Assembly (NCBI GenBank): GCA_031431875.1
Contig: JANPEF010000153.1
Span: 32,001 to 96,000 of the forward strand
Source of the DNA: Candidatus Eiseniibacteriota bacterium
Lineage (GTDB): Bacteria > Eisenbacteria > RBG-16-71-46 > DASYSL01
Direction: 5' to 3'
DNA: 64,000 bases
The notes beneath the pieces are model-generated. The model saw nothing but the letters and a program-made list of their open reading frames with translations. It did no database searches and was not told the DNA's origin. The position numbers were made by a program, and so were the translations under genes. Positions 45,303 through 52,994 of the stretch are shown here, in pieces; the stretch's first letter is position 1, and the number at the start of each line of letters is the position of its first letter.

Positions 45303-46532
45303 ATGGGCGCGCCCGCCAGGAATTCCACCCGCTCTCCACGAACTGCCGACACGAACGGGCCAGAGGCCGCGTTCGACGCCGAGTGCAACGCGCTTGCCGG
45401 CCTCGGAGACCTGCTCTCCGACGGCCTCGTCGTGTCCGATGCCGAGGGCAAGGTCCGCTACGCCAATCCCGAAGCCCTGCGCATGCTCGGCGCCACCGCG
45501 ACGTGGGTGCGCGCTCGGGTCACGGGCGAGGTGTTGCGCACCGCGGTGCCGGGCGCCGATCCGCTTGCCGACGCGAAGGCGGGGGAGCCGCAGGTCGAGG
45601 AGACGCTGCTGCTCACGAGGGCCGGCAACGAGGTGCCCGCGCGCGTCACGTTGCGGCGGCTCGCCTCGGGCGGCGCGTGCGCGGCGCTCCGGGACCTGAC
45701 GCAGGACCAGCGGCTGCAGCGCGAGCTGCGCCTGCGCGAGCGCCTCGCCACCGTCGGCGAGCTGGCCGCCGGCGTCGCGCACGAGATCCGCAATCCGCTG
45801 GCCGGGATCTCGTCGGCGGCGCAGGTGCTGCTGACGCGCTTCGAGCCGCGTGACGATCGCCAGAAGTTCTGCCGCGTGATCATCGAGCAGGTCGACCGGC
45901 TCGATCACACGGTGACCAGCCTGCTCAAGTTCGCGCGGCCGCCCGAGCCACAGTTGCGCCCGACGGTGCTGCCCGACGTGATCGAGCGCGTGCTCACGCT
46001 CGAGGCCGAGCGCCTCGCCGAGGGCAAGGTCGCGGTCGAGCGCCGCTACGCCGCCCGCGTGCCGACGCTCTACCTCGACCCGGGCCTGATCGAGCAGGTG
46101 CTGCTCAACCTGGTGCAGAACGCGGTCCAGGCCATGCCCGGGGGCGGTTCGCTCACGTTCGAGCTGGGCCTCGCCACGCGACGCACGCGCGGGGCGGAGC
46201 GCTCGCGCGGTCGCCGGACCCTCGACGCCTCGCCGGCGACGGCGGGGGGCGAGGCCGCGCGGATCGGCGGGCCCGACGAGATTCCGGTCGTGCGGCTGCG
46301 GCTGCTCGACACCGGCCTGGGCGTGCCGAAGGAAGTGCTGCCCCGCCTGTTCGATCCGTTCTTCACCACGAAGGCCTCGGGCACCGGGCTCGGGCTCTCG
46401 ATTTCGCAGTCCATCATCCAGGAACACGGGGGAGCGATCTCGATCGCCAGCCGCGAGGGACGCGGCACCACCGTCATCATCGAGTTTCCGCTGGAGAAAC
46501 GACATGGCCAGAGACGAGAAGACGCTCGCTAG
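45303..46532 (+). CDS. Cytoplasmic PAS histidine kinase (NtrB/AtoS/FleS-like)
   Basis: PAS domain; 'AAGVAHEIRNPL', 'QVLLNLVQNA', 'DTGLG', 'FDPFFTTK..GTGLGL'. Confidence 0.93.
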   Translation: MGAPARNSTRSPRTADTNGPEAAFDAECNALAGLGDLLSDGLVVSDAEGKVRYANPEALRMLGATATWVRARVTGEVLRTAVPGADPLADAKAGEPQVEETLLLTRAGNEVPARVTLRRLASGGACAALRDLTQDQRLQRELRLRERLATVGELAAGVAHEIRNPLAGISSAAQVLLTRFEPRDDRQKFCRVIIEQVDRLDHTVTSLLKFARPPEPQLRPTVLPDVIERVLTLEAERLAEGKVAVERRYAARVPTLYLDPGLIEQVLLNLVQNAVQAMPGGGSLTFELGLATRRTRGAERSRGRRTLDASPATAGGEAARIGGPDEIPVVRLRLLDTGLGVPKEVLPRLFDPFFTTKASGTGLGLSISQSIIQEHGGAISIASREGRGTTVIIEFPLEKRHGQRREDAR

Positions 46533-48012
46533 CACGACGGGCACCATCCTTGTGGTCGAGGACGAGCAGGCACAGCGCGAGACGCTGTGTGCGTTCCTCG
46601 GCGAGGAGTACACGATGCTCGAGGCGGGCAACGGCACGGAGGCGCTCGCGCACGTCAGCGAGAACCCGGTCGACCTGGTGTTCCTCGACCTGAGGCTCGG
46701 GCGCGAGGATGGTCTCGAGATCCTCAAAAAGCTGCGCGCCGAGGCGCCCGGCCTGCCCGTGATCATGCTCACGGCGCACGGCACGCCCGAGCATGCGTTC
46801 ACGGCGTACCGCCATGGCGCCGTGCACTTCATGTCGAAGCCATACAAGCTGGATGAACTGAAGGAGCGCGTCCGCTACGAGTTCGAGGCCGCCGCCTTGC
46901 GTCGCGAGAAGGAAAACCTCGAGGGGGTGCGCGCCGAGTTCGCCGGCCAGCCGCTGCTCGGCTCGAGCCCGGAGCTCAAGCGCGTGCTGGAGCAGATCAC
47001 CAAGATCGCGCGCCTCTCGACCTCGACCGTGCTGATCCGTGGTGAGACGGGCGCCGGCAAGGAACTCGTCGCGCAGCAGGTGCACGTGCAGAGTCCGCGT
47101 GGCTCGGGCCCGTTCGTCGAGCTCAACTGTTCGGCCGTTCCCGAGAACCTGCTCGAGTCCGAGTTGTTCGGCTTCGAGCGCGGCGCGTTCACCGACGCCA
47201 AGCGCACCAAGAAGGGCGTCTTCGAGATGGCCGCCGCGGGCACGCTGTTCCTCGACGAGATCGGTGAGATGTCGCTGGGCCTGCAGGCCAAGCTGCTCAA
47301 GGTGCTCGAGTCGAAGACATTCCGCCGGCTCGGCGGCACGGCCGACATCACGGTCGACACGCGCGTCGTCGCGGCCACCAATCGCGACCTGAAGAAGGAG
47401 GTCGAGCTCGGCCGCTTCCGCGAGGACCTCTACTTCCGGCTCCAGGTGATTCCCATCGAAGTGCCACCGTTGCGCGCCCGGGCGAGCGACATCCCGATGT
47501 TGTTGCGCCACTTCATCGATCGCTTCTCGCGCGAGGTGGGCCGCATGCCGGCGCGCCTCCATCCCGAGGCCGAGCGCCTGCTCGTCGGCTACGCGTGGCC
47601 CGGCAATGTGCGCGAGCTGCGCAACGTGATCGAGCGCATCGTGCTGCTCGAGAGTGACGAGGAGATCCGGCCCGAGCACCTGCCGTCCGAGATTTCGCGG
47701 CCGGCGGCGACGGCGAGTGTCGCGGGTGCGCCGGCGGCGACCAGTGCGGTGAGTGCGAGTGCCGGTGGTGGTGGTCCTGGCGGCGGCTCCGCCGCCGGGA
47801 CATCGGTGGGTGCGGTGTGGTTCTCGCCGGGCGTCATCATGCCCCTGGCCGAGGTCGAGATGCGGGCGATCCAACACGCGCTGGGCTGCGAGCGCGGCAA
47901 CAAGACGCGCGCGGCACAGGCGCTGGGAATCTCGCGCCAGACGCTGCGCACCAAGCTCAAGGAGCACGCCCTCGAAGAGGCGGCCGAGGGGGTGGACGAG
48001 GGCGGCGACTAG
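46504..48012 (+). CDS. Sigma54-dependent response regulator (REC-AAA+-Fis HTH; NtrC/FleR-like)
   Basis: 'GETGAGKE', 'ESELFGFERGAFTDA', 'LFLDEIGE', 'WPGNVRELRN', 'GNKTRAAQALGISR'. Confidence 0.95.
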   Translation: MARDEKTLASTTGTILVVEDEQAQRETLCAFLGEEYTMLEAGNGTEALAHVSENPVDLVFLDLRLGREDGLEILKKLRAEAPGLPVIMLTAHGTPEHAFTAYRHGAVHFMSKPYKLDELKERVRYEFEAAALRREKENLEGVRAEFAGQPLLGSSPELKRVLEQITKIARLSTSTVLIRGETGAGKELVAQQVHVQSPRGSGPFVELNCSAVPENLLESELFGFERGAFTDAKRTKKGVFEMAAAGTLFLDEIGEMSLGLQAKLLKVLESKTFRRLGGTADITVDTRVVAATNRDLKKEVELGRFREDLYFRLQVIPIEVPPLRARASDIPMLLRHFIDRFSREVGRMPARLHPEAERLLVGYAWPGNVRELRNVIERIVLLESDEEIRPEHLPSEISRPAATASVAGAPAATSAVSASAGGGGPGGGSAAGTSVGAVWFSPGVIMPLAEVEMRAIQHALGCERGNKTRAAQALGISRQTLRTKLKEHALEEAAEGVDEGGD

Positions 48013-48209
48013 TTCACGGCCGATCGGCCAGCTTGTGTCCATGATGTCACGAGGGGCGTCCCGCCGGGAGGCGGGGCGCCCCGAGTCGTTTTCCCTCCGC
48101 ACGCCCTCCGGACTGCACTCCATCGCATCGTCCTGCAATCGGTTGCGCCGCCGCGCCGCGGTCGACCGCGACCGCCCCGGCCCGGTTCCGTTCCGCCTTC
48201 GGCGGGGAA

Positions 48210-48225
48210 TGGCACAAAGCGTGCA
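48210..48225 (+). promoter_or_regulatory. Sigma54 -24/-12 promoter
   Basis: TGGCAC-AAAGC-GTGCA (GG-N10-GC) upstream of the receiver gene. Confidence 0.7.
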
Positions 48226-48278
48226 CTTTCCCCGGTTGCACGACCACCATCCACAGCGCAGGGAACGCGAGGACACCG

Positions 48279-48647
48279 ATGCCGCACATCCTGATCGTCG
48301 AAGACGAGCACGCCACCGCCTGGGCCCTCGAACAGGGGCTCTCGGACGAGGGCTACTCGATCGCCACCGTCGACAGCGCCGAGAAGGCGCTGGCTGCGGT
48401 GCGCGAGCGGCGTGCCGACCTCGTGATCACGGACCTTCGCCTGCCGCGCATGGACGGAGTCGAGCTGGTGCGCCGCCTGATGGGAAGAAAGCACGCCGCG
48501 CCGGTGATCGTCGTCACCGCATACGGCACGCAGCAGACGCTGCGCGACCTCGAGGATGCGGGGATCCATGCCTGCTTCCCCAAGCCCTTCCGCATGGAGC
48601 AGCTGCGGAAGAGCGTCAAGGCCGCGCTCGACGAGGCCGGCGCGTGA
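48279..48647 (+). CDS. Single-domain response regulator
   Basis: 'ILIVEDE', 'ITDLRLPRMDG', 'VTAYG', 'KPF'. Confidence 0.93.
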   Translation: MPHILIVEDEHATAWALEQGLSDEGYSIATVDSAEKALAAVRERRADLVITDLRLPRMDGVELVRRLMGRKHAAPVIVVTAYGTQQTLRDLEDAGIHACFPKPFRMEQLRKSVKAALDEAGA

Positions 48648-48889
48648 GCGGCGAGGATGCCGTTGCGGTCGCCCTCGATGGACTCGAGGGGGAGGCGCGC
48701 CTCGTGCTCGCGCTCCTCTTCATCGAAGGCTTGAACGAGGCCGAAACCGCCGCCGCGCTCGACCGTCCGGTCGCCCACGTTCGTCGGCTCGCCGGGCTGG
48801 CGCAGGGAGCGCTGGCGGCGGCACTCGCCGGTGCGGCCCGCCGGACGGCCGGTCCCACGCTCGCTTCAGGGAGGAAGCATGCGCCGTAA
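48644..48889 (+). CDS. Stand-alone sigma70 region-4-like HTH protein
   Basis: 'ALDGLEGEARLVLALLFIEGLNEAETAAALD' parallels FliA region 4 'LNRLPEQERIVVALYYYEHMTLREIGVTLG'; GTGA coupling. Confidence 0.6.
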   Translation: MSGEDAVAVALDGLEGEARLVLALLFIEGLNEAETAAALDRPVAHVRRLAGLAQGALAAALAGAARRTAGPTLASGRKHAP

Positions 48890-49136
48890 CGCCGCAACGT
48901 CGACCGAGAAGTCGACCGAGAAGTCGACCGAGAAGAAGCCGTTGGCCGCGCGTCTCACCCAGGTGCGTCGCATGGTCGAGCGCGTCGAGGCGGAGCGCGT
49001 CAAGTTCGAGGACGTCGGCCTGACGCGCCTGGCGCAAGAGAAGGCCCGCGAGAAGCGCTACTGGCAGTTCGTCCAGGCCGTGCTCGAGCTGCAGCCCTGG
49101 ATGGGCCAGACGCCGAGCCGGCACACGGTGCACTGA
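48879..49136 (+). CDS. Hypothetical small helical protein with STEK x3 repeat
   Basis: GGAGG RBS; coding-like codon usage. Confidence 0.6.
   Translation: MRRNAATSTEKSTEKSTEKKPLAARLTQVRRMVERVEAERVKFEDVGLTRLAQEKAREKRYWQFVQAVLELQPWMGQTPSRHTVH
48899..48934 (+). repeat. 12-bp tandem repeat GTCGACCGAGAA x3
   Basis: Seen directly; in-frame, encodes STEK repeats. Confidence 0.9.
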
Positions 49137-49413
49137 GCAACACGAGGACGATCGGACCGCATGGACGCGGTCGCACGGTTCCGCAGGGACGCGGGACGAT
49201 CCGGGCCCGGGAGCGTGACTCCCGGGCCCGACCATTTTCTGGCCGCACGACACGGGGACGCGCGATTCATGTTCAGTCGGCCGGGTCGGCGGCCGACAAC
49301 CGTCCAGCTCTCTCCCGCCGAAGGCGGGAGAAGCGATTTTGGTCAAGTTCATAACTCCTAGTCACATAAGCCGTTCACGCATTCACTTCAGATTGCCTCA
49401 CGGCCGTGCGCCG

Positions 49414-49428
49414 TGGCACGCGCCTTGC
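49414..49428 (+). promoter_or_regulatory. Sigma54 -24/-12 promoter of the fleN-fliA operon
   Basis: TGGCACG-CGCC-TTGC matches the consensus; an AT-richer tract lies upstream (49335-49372). Confidence 0.85.
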
Positions 49429-49485
49429 GTTTTGCCTCCGCGACCGACCCATCCGGGGTCGGGACCACGAAGACGGAGAGCGACC

Positions 49486-50373
49486 ATGGCCGACCTCAAA
49501 CTCGTTCCGCCCGCCCGCACCTCGCGGGGCACCGCCCGCAAGGGGGACGCCCGCGAGCACTTCGTGGCGCTGGCTCGTCCGACGGTGCGCACGATCGCGG
49601 TGACCAGCGGAAAGGGCGGCGTCGGCAAGAGCACGGTCTCGGCGAACCTGGCCGTCGCTCTGGGCGAGCTCGGCGCCCGCGTCATCCTGTTCGACGGCGA
49701 TCTCGCCCAGGCGAACCTGGACCTGTTGCTCGGCCTGTCGCCGCGCTGGGACCTGGGGCATGTGCTGCGCGGGGAGAAGACGCTCGACCAGATCGTGGTC
49801 GAGGGACCGCATGGCGTCCGCCTCGTGCCCGCCGCTTCGGGTGACCGCGATCTCGCCGACCTCGACGACTTCCGGCGCGAGGGCCTGTACCGCGAACTGT
49901 CGCGCCTGTCGGTCGACGCCGACCTCGTGATCATCGACACCGCCTCGGGAGCCTCGCACCTCACCTCGTCGTTCGCCCGTGCGGCGTCCGAGCTGGTGGT
50001 GGTGACGACGACCGAGCCGACGTCGTACTCCGATGCGTACGGCCTCCTCAAGGTGCTCGTCGCCCAGGGCCTCACGGGCACGCCGAACGTCCTGGTCAAT
50101 CGCGCGCCGTCGCTCGAGGAAGCCGAGGAGGTTGCACACGACCTCGCCTCGCTGACGCGCCGCTTCCTCGATCGCAACGTGAACTCGCTTGGCGCCGTGC
50201 CCGACGACCCCGCGGTCGGGCAGGCCGTGCGTCGCCGTCGTCCCGTCGTCGAAGCTGCTCCGAACAGTCCGTCCGCCCTCGCCTTCCGCACGCTGGCGGG
50301 TCGGTTGTGGGCCCGTCCGTCCGATCCGCGTCCGCAGGCGCTCTCCGGCGAGCGCCTGCGCCTGTCCGCCTGA
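49486..50373 (+). CDS. flhG: FleN/FlhG-family MinD-like ATPase
   Basis: 'IAVTSGKGGVGKS', 'DGDLAQANLDLLLG', 'EPTSYSDAYGLLK'; immediately precedes fliA. Confidence 0.85.
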   Translation: MADLKLVPPARTSRGTARKGDAREHFVALARPTVRTIAVTSGKGGVGKSTVSANLAVALGELGARVILFDGDLAQANLDLLLGLSPRWDLGHVLRGEKTLDQIVVEGPHGVRLVPAASGDRDLADLDDFRREGLYRELSRLSVDADLVIIDTASGASHLTSSFARAASELVVVTTTEPTSYSDAYGLLKVLVAQGLTGTPNVLVNRAPSLEEAEEVAHDLASLTRRFLDRNVNSLGAVPDDPAVGQAVRRRRPVVEAAPNSPSALAFRTLAGRLWARPSDPRPQALSGERLRLSA

Positions 50374-50393
50374 ACCGTCCGAGGAGATCGCCC

Positions 50394-51470
50394 ATGCCCC
50401 GTCTCTCGTCGACTCCGTCGCGCGCCCCGAAGGGCACGCCCCGCCTCACCCTGGTCAAGGGCGGCCGCGGCAAGCCCGTCCGCTCCGCGGCACTCCGTCC
50501 GGTCAAGGCCGTCGCCCGTACGACGAAGGCGACGACCGTCGCGGCGAAGCCGCCCCAGGCGAAGAAGTCGACGAAGCTCGTGCCGGCAAAGGCGGCCAGG
50601 CTCGTGCCGGCCAAGGCGCCCGTGGCGCGCGTCGCGCCGCACACGGCGATGCTGCGTGCGCCGCTGGCGCTGGTGCCCAGGAAGCCGCTCAAGGGCGCGG
50701 CCGAGATCGCGGCGGCGCGGGCCCGCGCGGCGGCGGCGAATGCGGCCGATCCGCCGGTGCGCGTGGCGCGCGAGAAGCTGCTCGAGCGCTACACGCCGCT
50801 CATCAAGTACGTCGTCGAGCGCCTGTCGGTCGGGCTGCCCAAGAACGTCGACCACGACGACCTCATGTCGGCCGGCATCCTGGGCCTGCTCGATGCCTAC
50901 GACAAGTTCGATGCGTCGAAGGGAACGAAGTTCGAGACCTACGCGGTGTGGCGCATCAAGGGCGCCGTGCTCGACCAGCTCCGCGCGCTCGACTGGGCGT
51001 CACGCTCGATCCGCCGCAAGGCGCGCGAGGTCGAGGCCTCGACGCGCCGGCTCGACCAGCGTCTCGGTCGCGCGGCCTCCGACGAGGAGGTCGCCAAGGA
51101 GGCCAAGATGCCGCTGGCCGACTACCACCGGCTCATGGACCAGGTGCGGGGCGCGGTGCTGCTGTCGCTCGACGAGACGCGCTCGCCCGAGGAGGGCGAC
51201 TCGCTCGGCCTGGCCGAGCTCATCGAGGACCCGAACGTGCCGGACGTGCTGGCGCGCATCGAGGAGGAGGAGACGCGTCTCGTCCTGCTCGACACGCTCA
51301 ACCGCCTGCCCGAGCAGGAGCGCATTGTGGTCGCGCTCTACTACTACGAGCACATGACCCTGCGCGAGATCGGCGTCACGCTCGGCATCTCCGAGTCGCG
51401 CGTGTCGCAGGTCCACTCACGGGCCGTCGTCCGTCTCAAGAGCCGCGTCCGTCGCGCGCTCGCCGCCTGA
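50394..51470 (+). CDS. fliA: FliA/WhiG-family sigma factor (sigma28) with basic N-terminal extension
   Basis: 'GLPKNVDHDDLMSAGILGL.DA', 'KFETYA.WRIKGAVLDQLRALDW.SRS.R', 'LREIG..LGISESRVSQ'. Confidence 0.95.
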   Translation: MPRLSSTPSRAPKGTPRLTLVKGGRGKPVRSAALRPVKAVARTTKATTVAAKPPQAKKSTKLVPAKAARLVPAKAPVARVAPHTAMLRAPLALVPRKPLKGAAEIAAARARAAAANAADPPVRVAREKLLERYTPLIKYVVERLSVGLPKNVDHDDLMSAGILGLLDAYDKFDASKGTKFETYAVWRIKGAVLDQLRALDWASRSIRRKAREVEASTRRLDQRLGRAASDEEVAKEAKMPLADYHRLMDQVRGAVLLSLDETRSPEEGDSLGLAELIEDPNVPDVLARIEEEETRLVLLDTLNRLPEQERIVVALYYYEHMTLREIGVTLGISESRVSQVHSRAVVRLKSRVRRALAA

Positions 51471-51477
51471 GGATCCC

Positions 51478-51888
51478 GTGACCCTGCCCCTGCCGAACCC
51501 TGACTTCGAGCCCGTGCCCCGGGAGACCGGCGATCCGGCGTTGCTCGCGCTGGCCGGGCGCCTGCGCGCGCGCGGCGACGCCGCGAGCATTTCGCTGGCG
51601 GACGAGCTCACGGCCGAGGCCCGGCGCCTGGGTGCCGAACGGGACGCCACGCTCCAGCGCATGTTCGAGAGCCTGGCGGTGAACCACGACGTCAACAACG
51701 CGCTGGTCGGGATCTTCGGCAACGCGCAGCTGCTGGGCCTGGGGCCCGCGGGGCAGATCCCGGGCGTCGCCGACCGGCTCGCCGTGATCACGCGCGAGGC
51801 GAACCGCATCAAGCAGGCGGCCCTGCGCATCGCGGAGCTCAAGCAGGGCCTGCTCGCGCGGCCGCTCGATGACGGCGGTGCGGCGTGA
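51478..51888 (+). CDS. Small protein with isolated HisKA-like phosphoacceptor motif
   Basis: 'AVNHDVNNALVGIFGNAQLL' H-box; no ATPase domain. Confidence 0.65.
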   Translation: MTLPLPNPDFEPVPRETGDPALLALAGRLRARGDAASISLADELTAEARRLGAERDATLQRMFESLAVNHDVNNALVGIFGNAQLLGLGPAGQIPGVADRLAVITREANRIKQAALRIAELKQGLLARPLDDGGAA

Positions 51889-52994
51889 GCCCGCGCGCGA
51901 AGGGAACCAGGCCAGGAGCGAAGTCGACCCGTCGCACGCCCGCCGCGGGCGAGGGTGCGGCGGCTCGGCTGGCCGCGCTGGCCGACATCGTTGCGCTGGT
52001 GCGCGAGCGCCCCGACGCGGACGACGCGCTCGGCCGGGCCCTCGATCGCCTCGGCGAGACCGTGGCGTTCGAGAGCGCGACCTTCTTCCTGCTCGATGAC
52101 GTGAGTGGCGAGCTGCAGCCGGTCGCCACGCGCGGCGCACACGTCGACCTGATTCCGGAAGTGCGCTTCGACCTGGGCGTCGGACTGTCGTCGTGGGTGG
52201 CGCGCACCGGCCGACCGGTGCTGCTGTCCGACCTGCGGGGCGAGGCGCGGCCCGACGCAGTCGATGCGCCCCGACACGGCTCGTTCGTGTCGGTGCCGAT
52301 GGTCGTCAACAGGGTGTCGATCGGCGTGCTCAACGCGGGCAGCCGGGAGCCGGGAGCGTTCAACGAAGCCGATCGCGACCTCCTGGTCGCCGCCGCCGCC
52401 GCGCTCGCCGCGCCGATCGTGGCCCGCCGCGCTGCGCGCGACGCCGACCGCCGGCCGGGCGCCGATCCGGCGACGGGCCTGCTCAACCGGCTCGCCTTCG
52501 AGGAGCGCGTCGCCGAGGCGATCGAGCGCGGCCGTCGCTACGCCGAGCGCTGCGCCATCGTCGTCCTGTCGTTCGACGGCCTGGCCGCCCTGCGCCGCAC
52601 GGCGGGGCTGACCGTGGCTGGCGAGGCGCTGGTCGCGATTGCCGGGCTGCTGACGGCCCGGGCGCGGCAGAGTGACCTCGTGGCCCGGCTGGTCCCCGAC
52701 GACGCCTTCGCGCTGCTGCTGGCGCACCAGGGCGCCGACGCCGCAGGGCGTGCCGTCGAGCGGCTCGCCGCGACGATCGCACGCCACCCGTTCGCCGATC
52801 TTCGCCGCTGCACGCCGGGCACGGGCGTCGCCCTGTGGCCCGTCGCGACCGGCCCCGGCGCGGATGGATTCGCCTCGGCCGCGACCTGCGCCCAGGAACT
52901 CGTCGCCGCGGCGCTCGCCGCCGCGCGCGTCGACGCCGCGGTGGATGCATCCGCGGATCCCGTGGTGCCGCCCGCCCCCGCGGAGGCCGCGTGA
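51885..52994 (+). CDS. GAF + degenerate GGDEF protein
   Basis: GAF ('GLSSWVARTGRPVL', 'SFVSVPM...IGVLN'); 'DPATGLLNR'; active site region reads 'RQSDLVARLVPDDAF'. Confidence 0.85.
   Translation: MSPRAKGTRPGAKSTRRTPAAGEGAAARLAALADIVALVRERPDADDALGRALDRLGETVAFESATFFLLDDVSGELQPVATRGAHVDLIPEVRFDLGVGLSSWVARTGRPVLLSDLRGEARPDAVDAPRHGSFVSVPMVVNRVSIGVLNAGSREPGAFNEADRDLLVAAAAALAAPIVARRAARDADRRPGADPATGLLNRLAFEERVAEAIERGRRYAERCAIVVLSFDGLAALRRTAGLTVAGEALVAIAGLLTARARQSDLVARLVPDDAFALLLAHQGADAAGRAVERLAATIARHPFADLRRCTPGTGVALWPVATGPGADGFASAATCAQELVAAALAAARVDAAVDASADPVVPPAPAEAA

Noticed and set aside
47695..47815. Low-complexity Ala/Ser/Gly stretch in the sigma54 activator
   Set aside because: In-frame flexible linker between the AAA+ and HTH domains; no sign of a mobile insertion.
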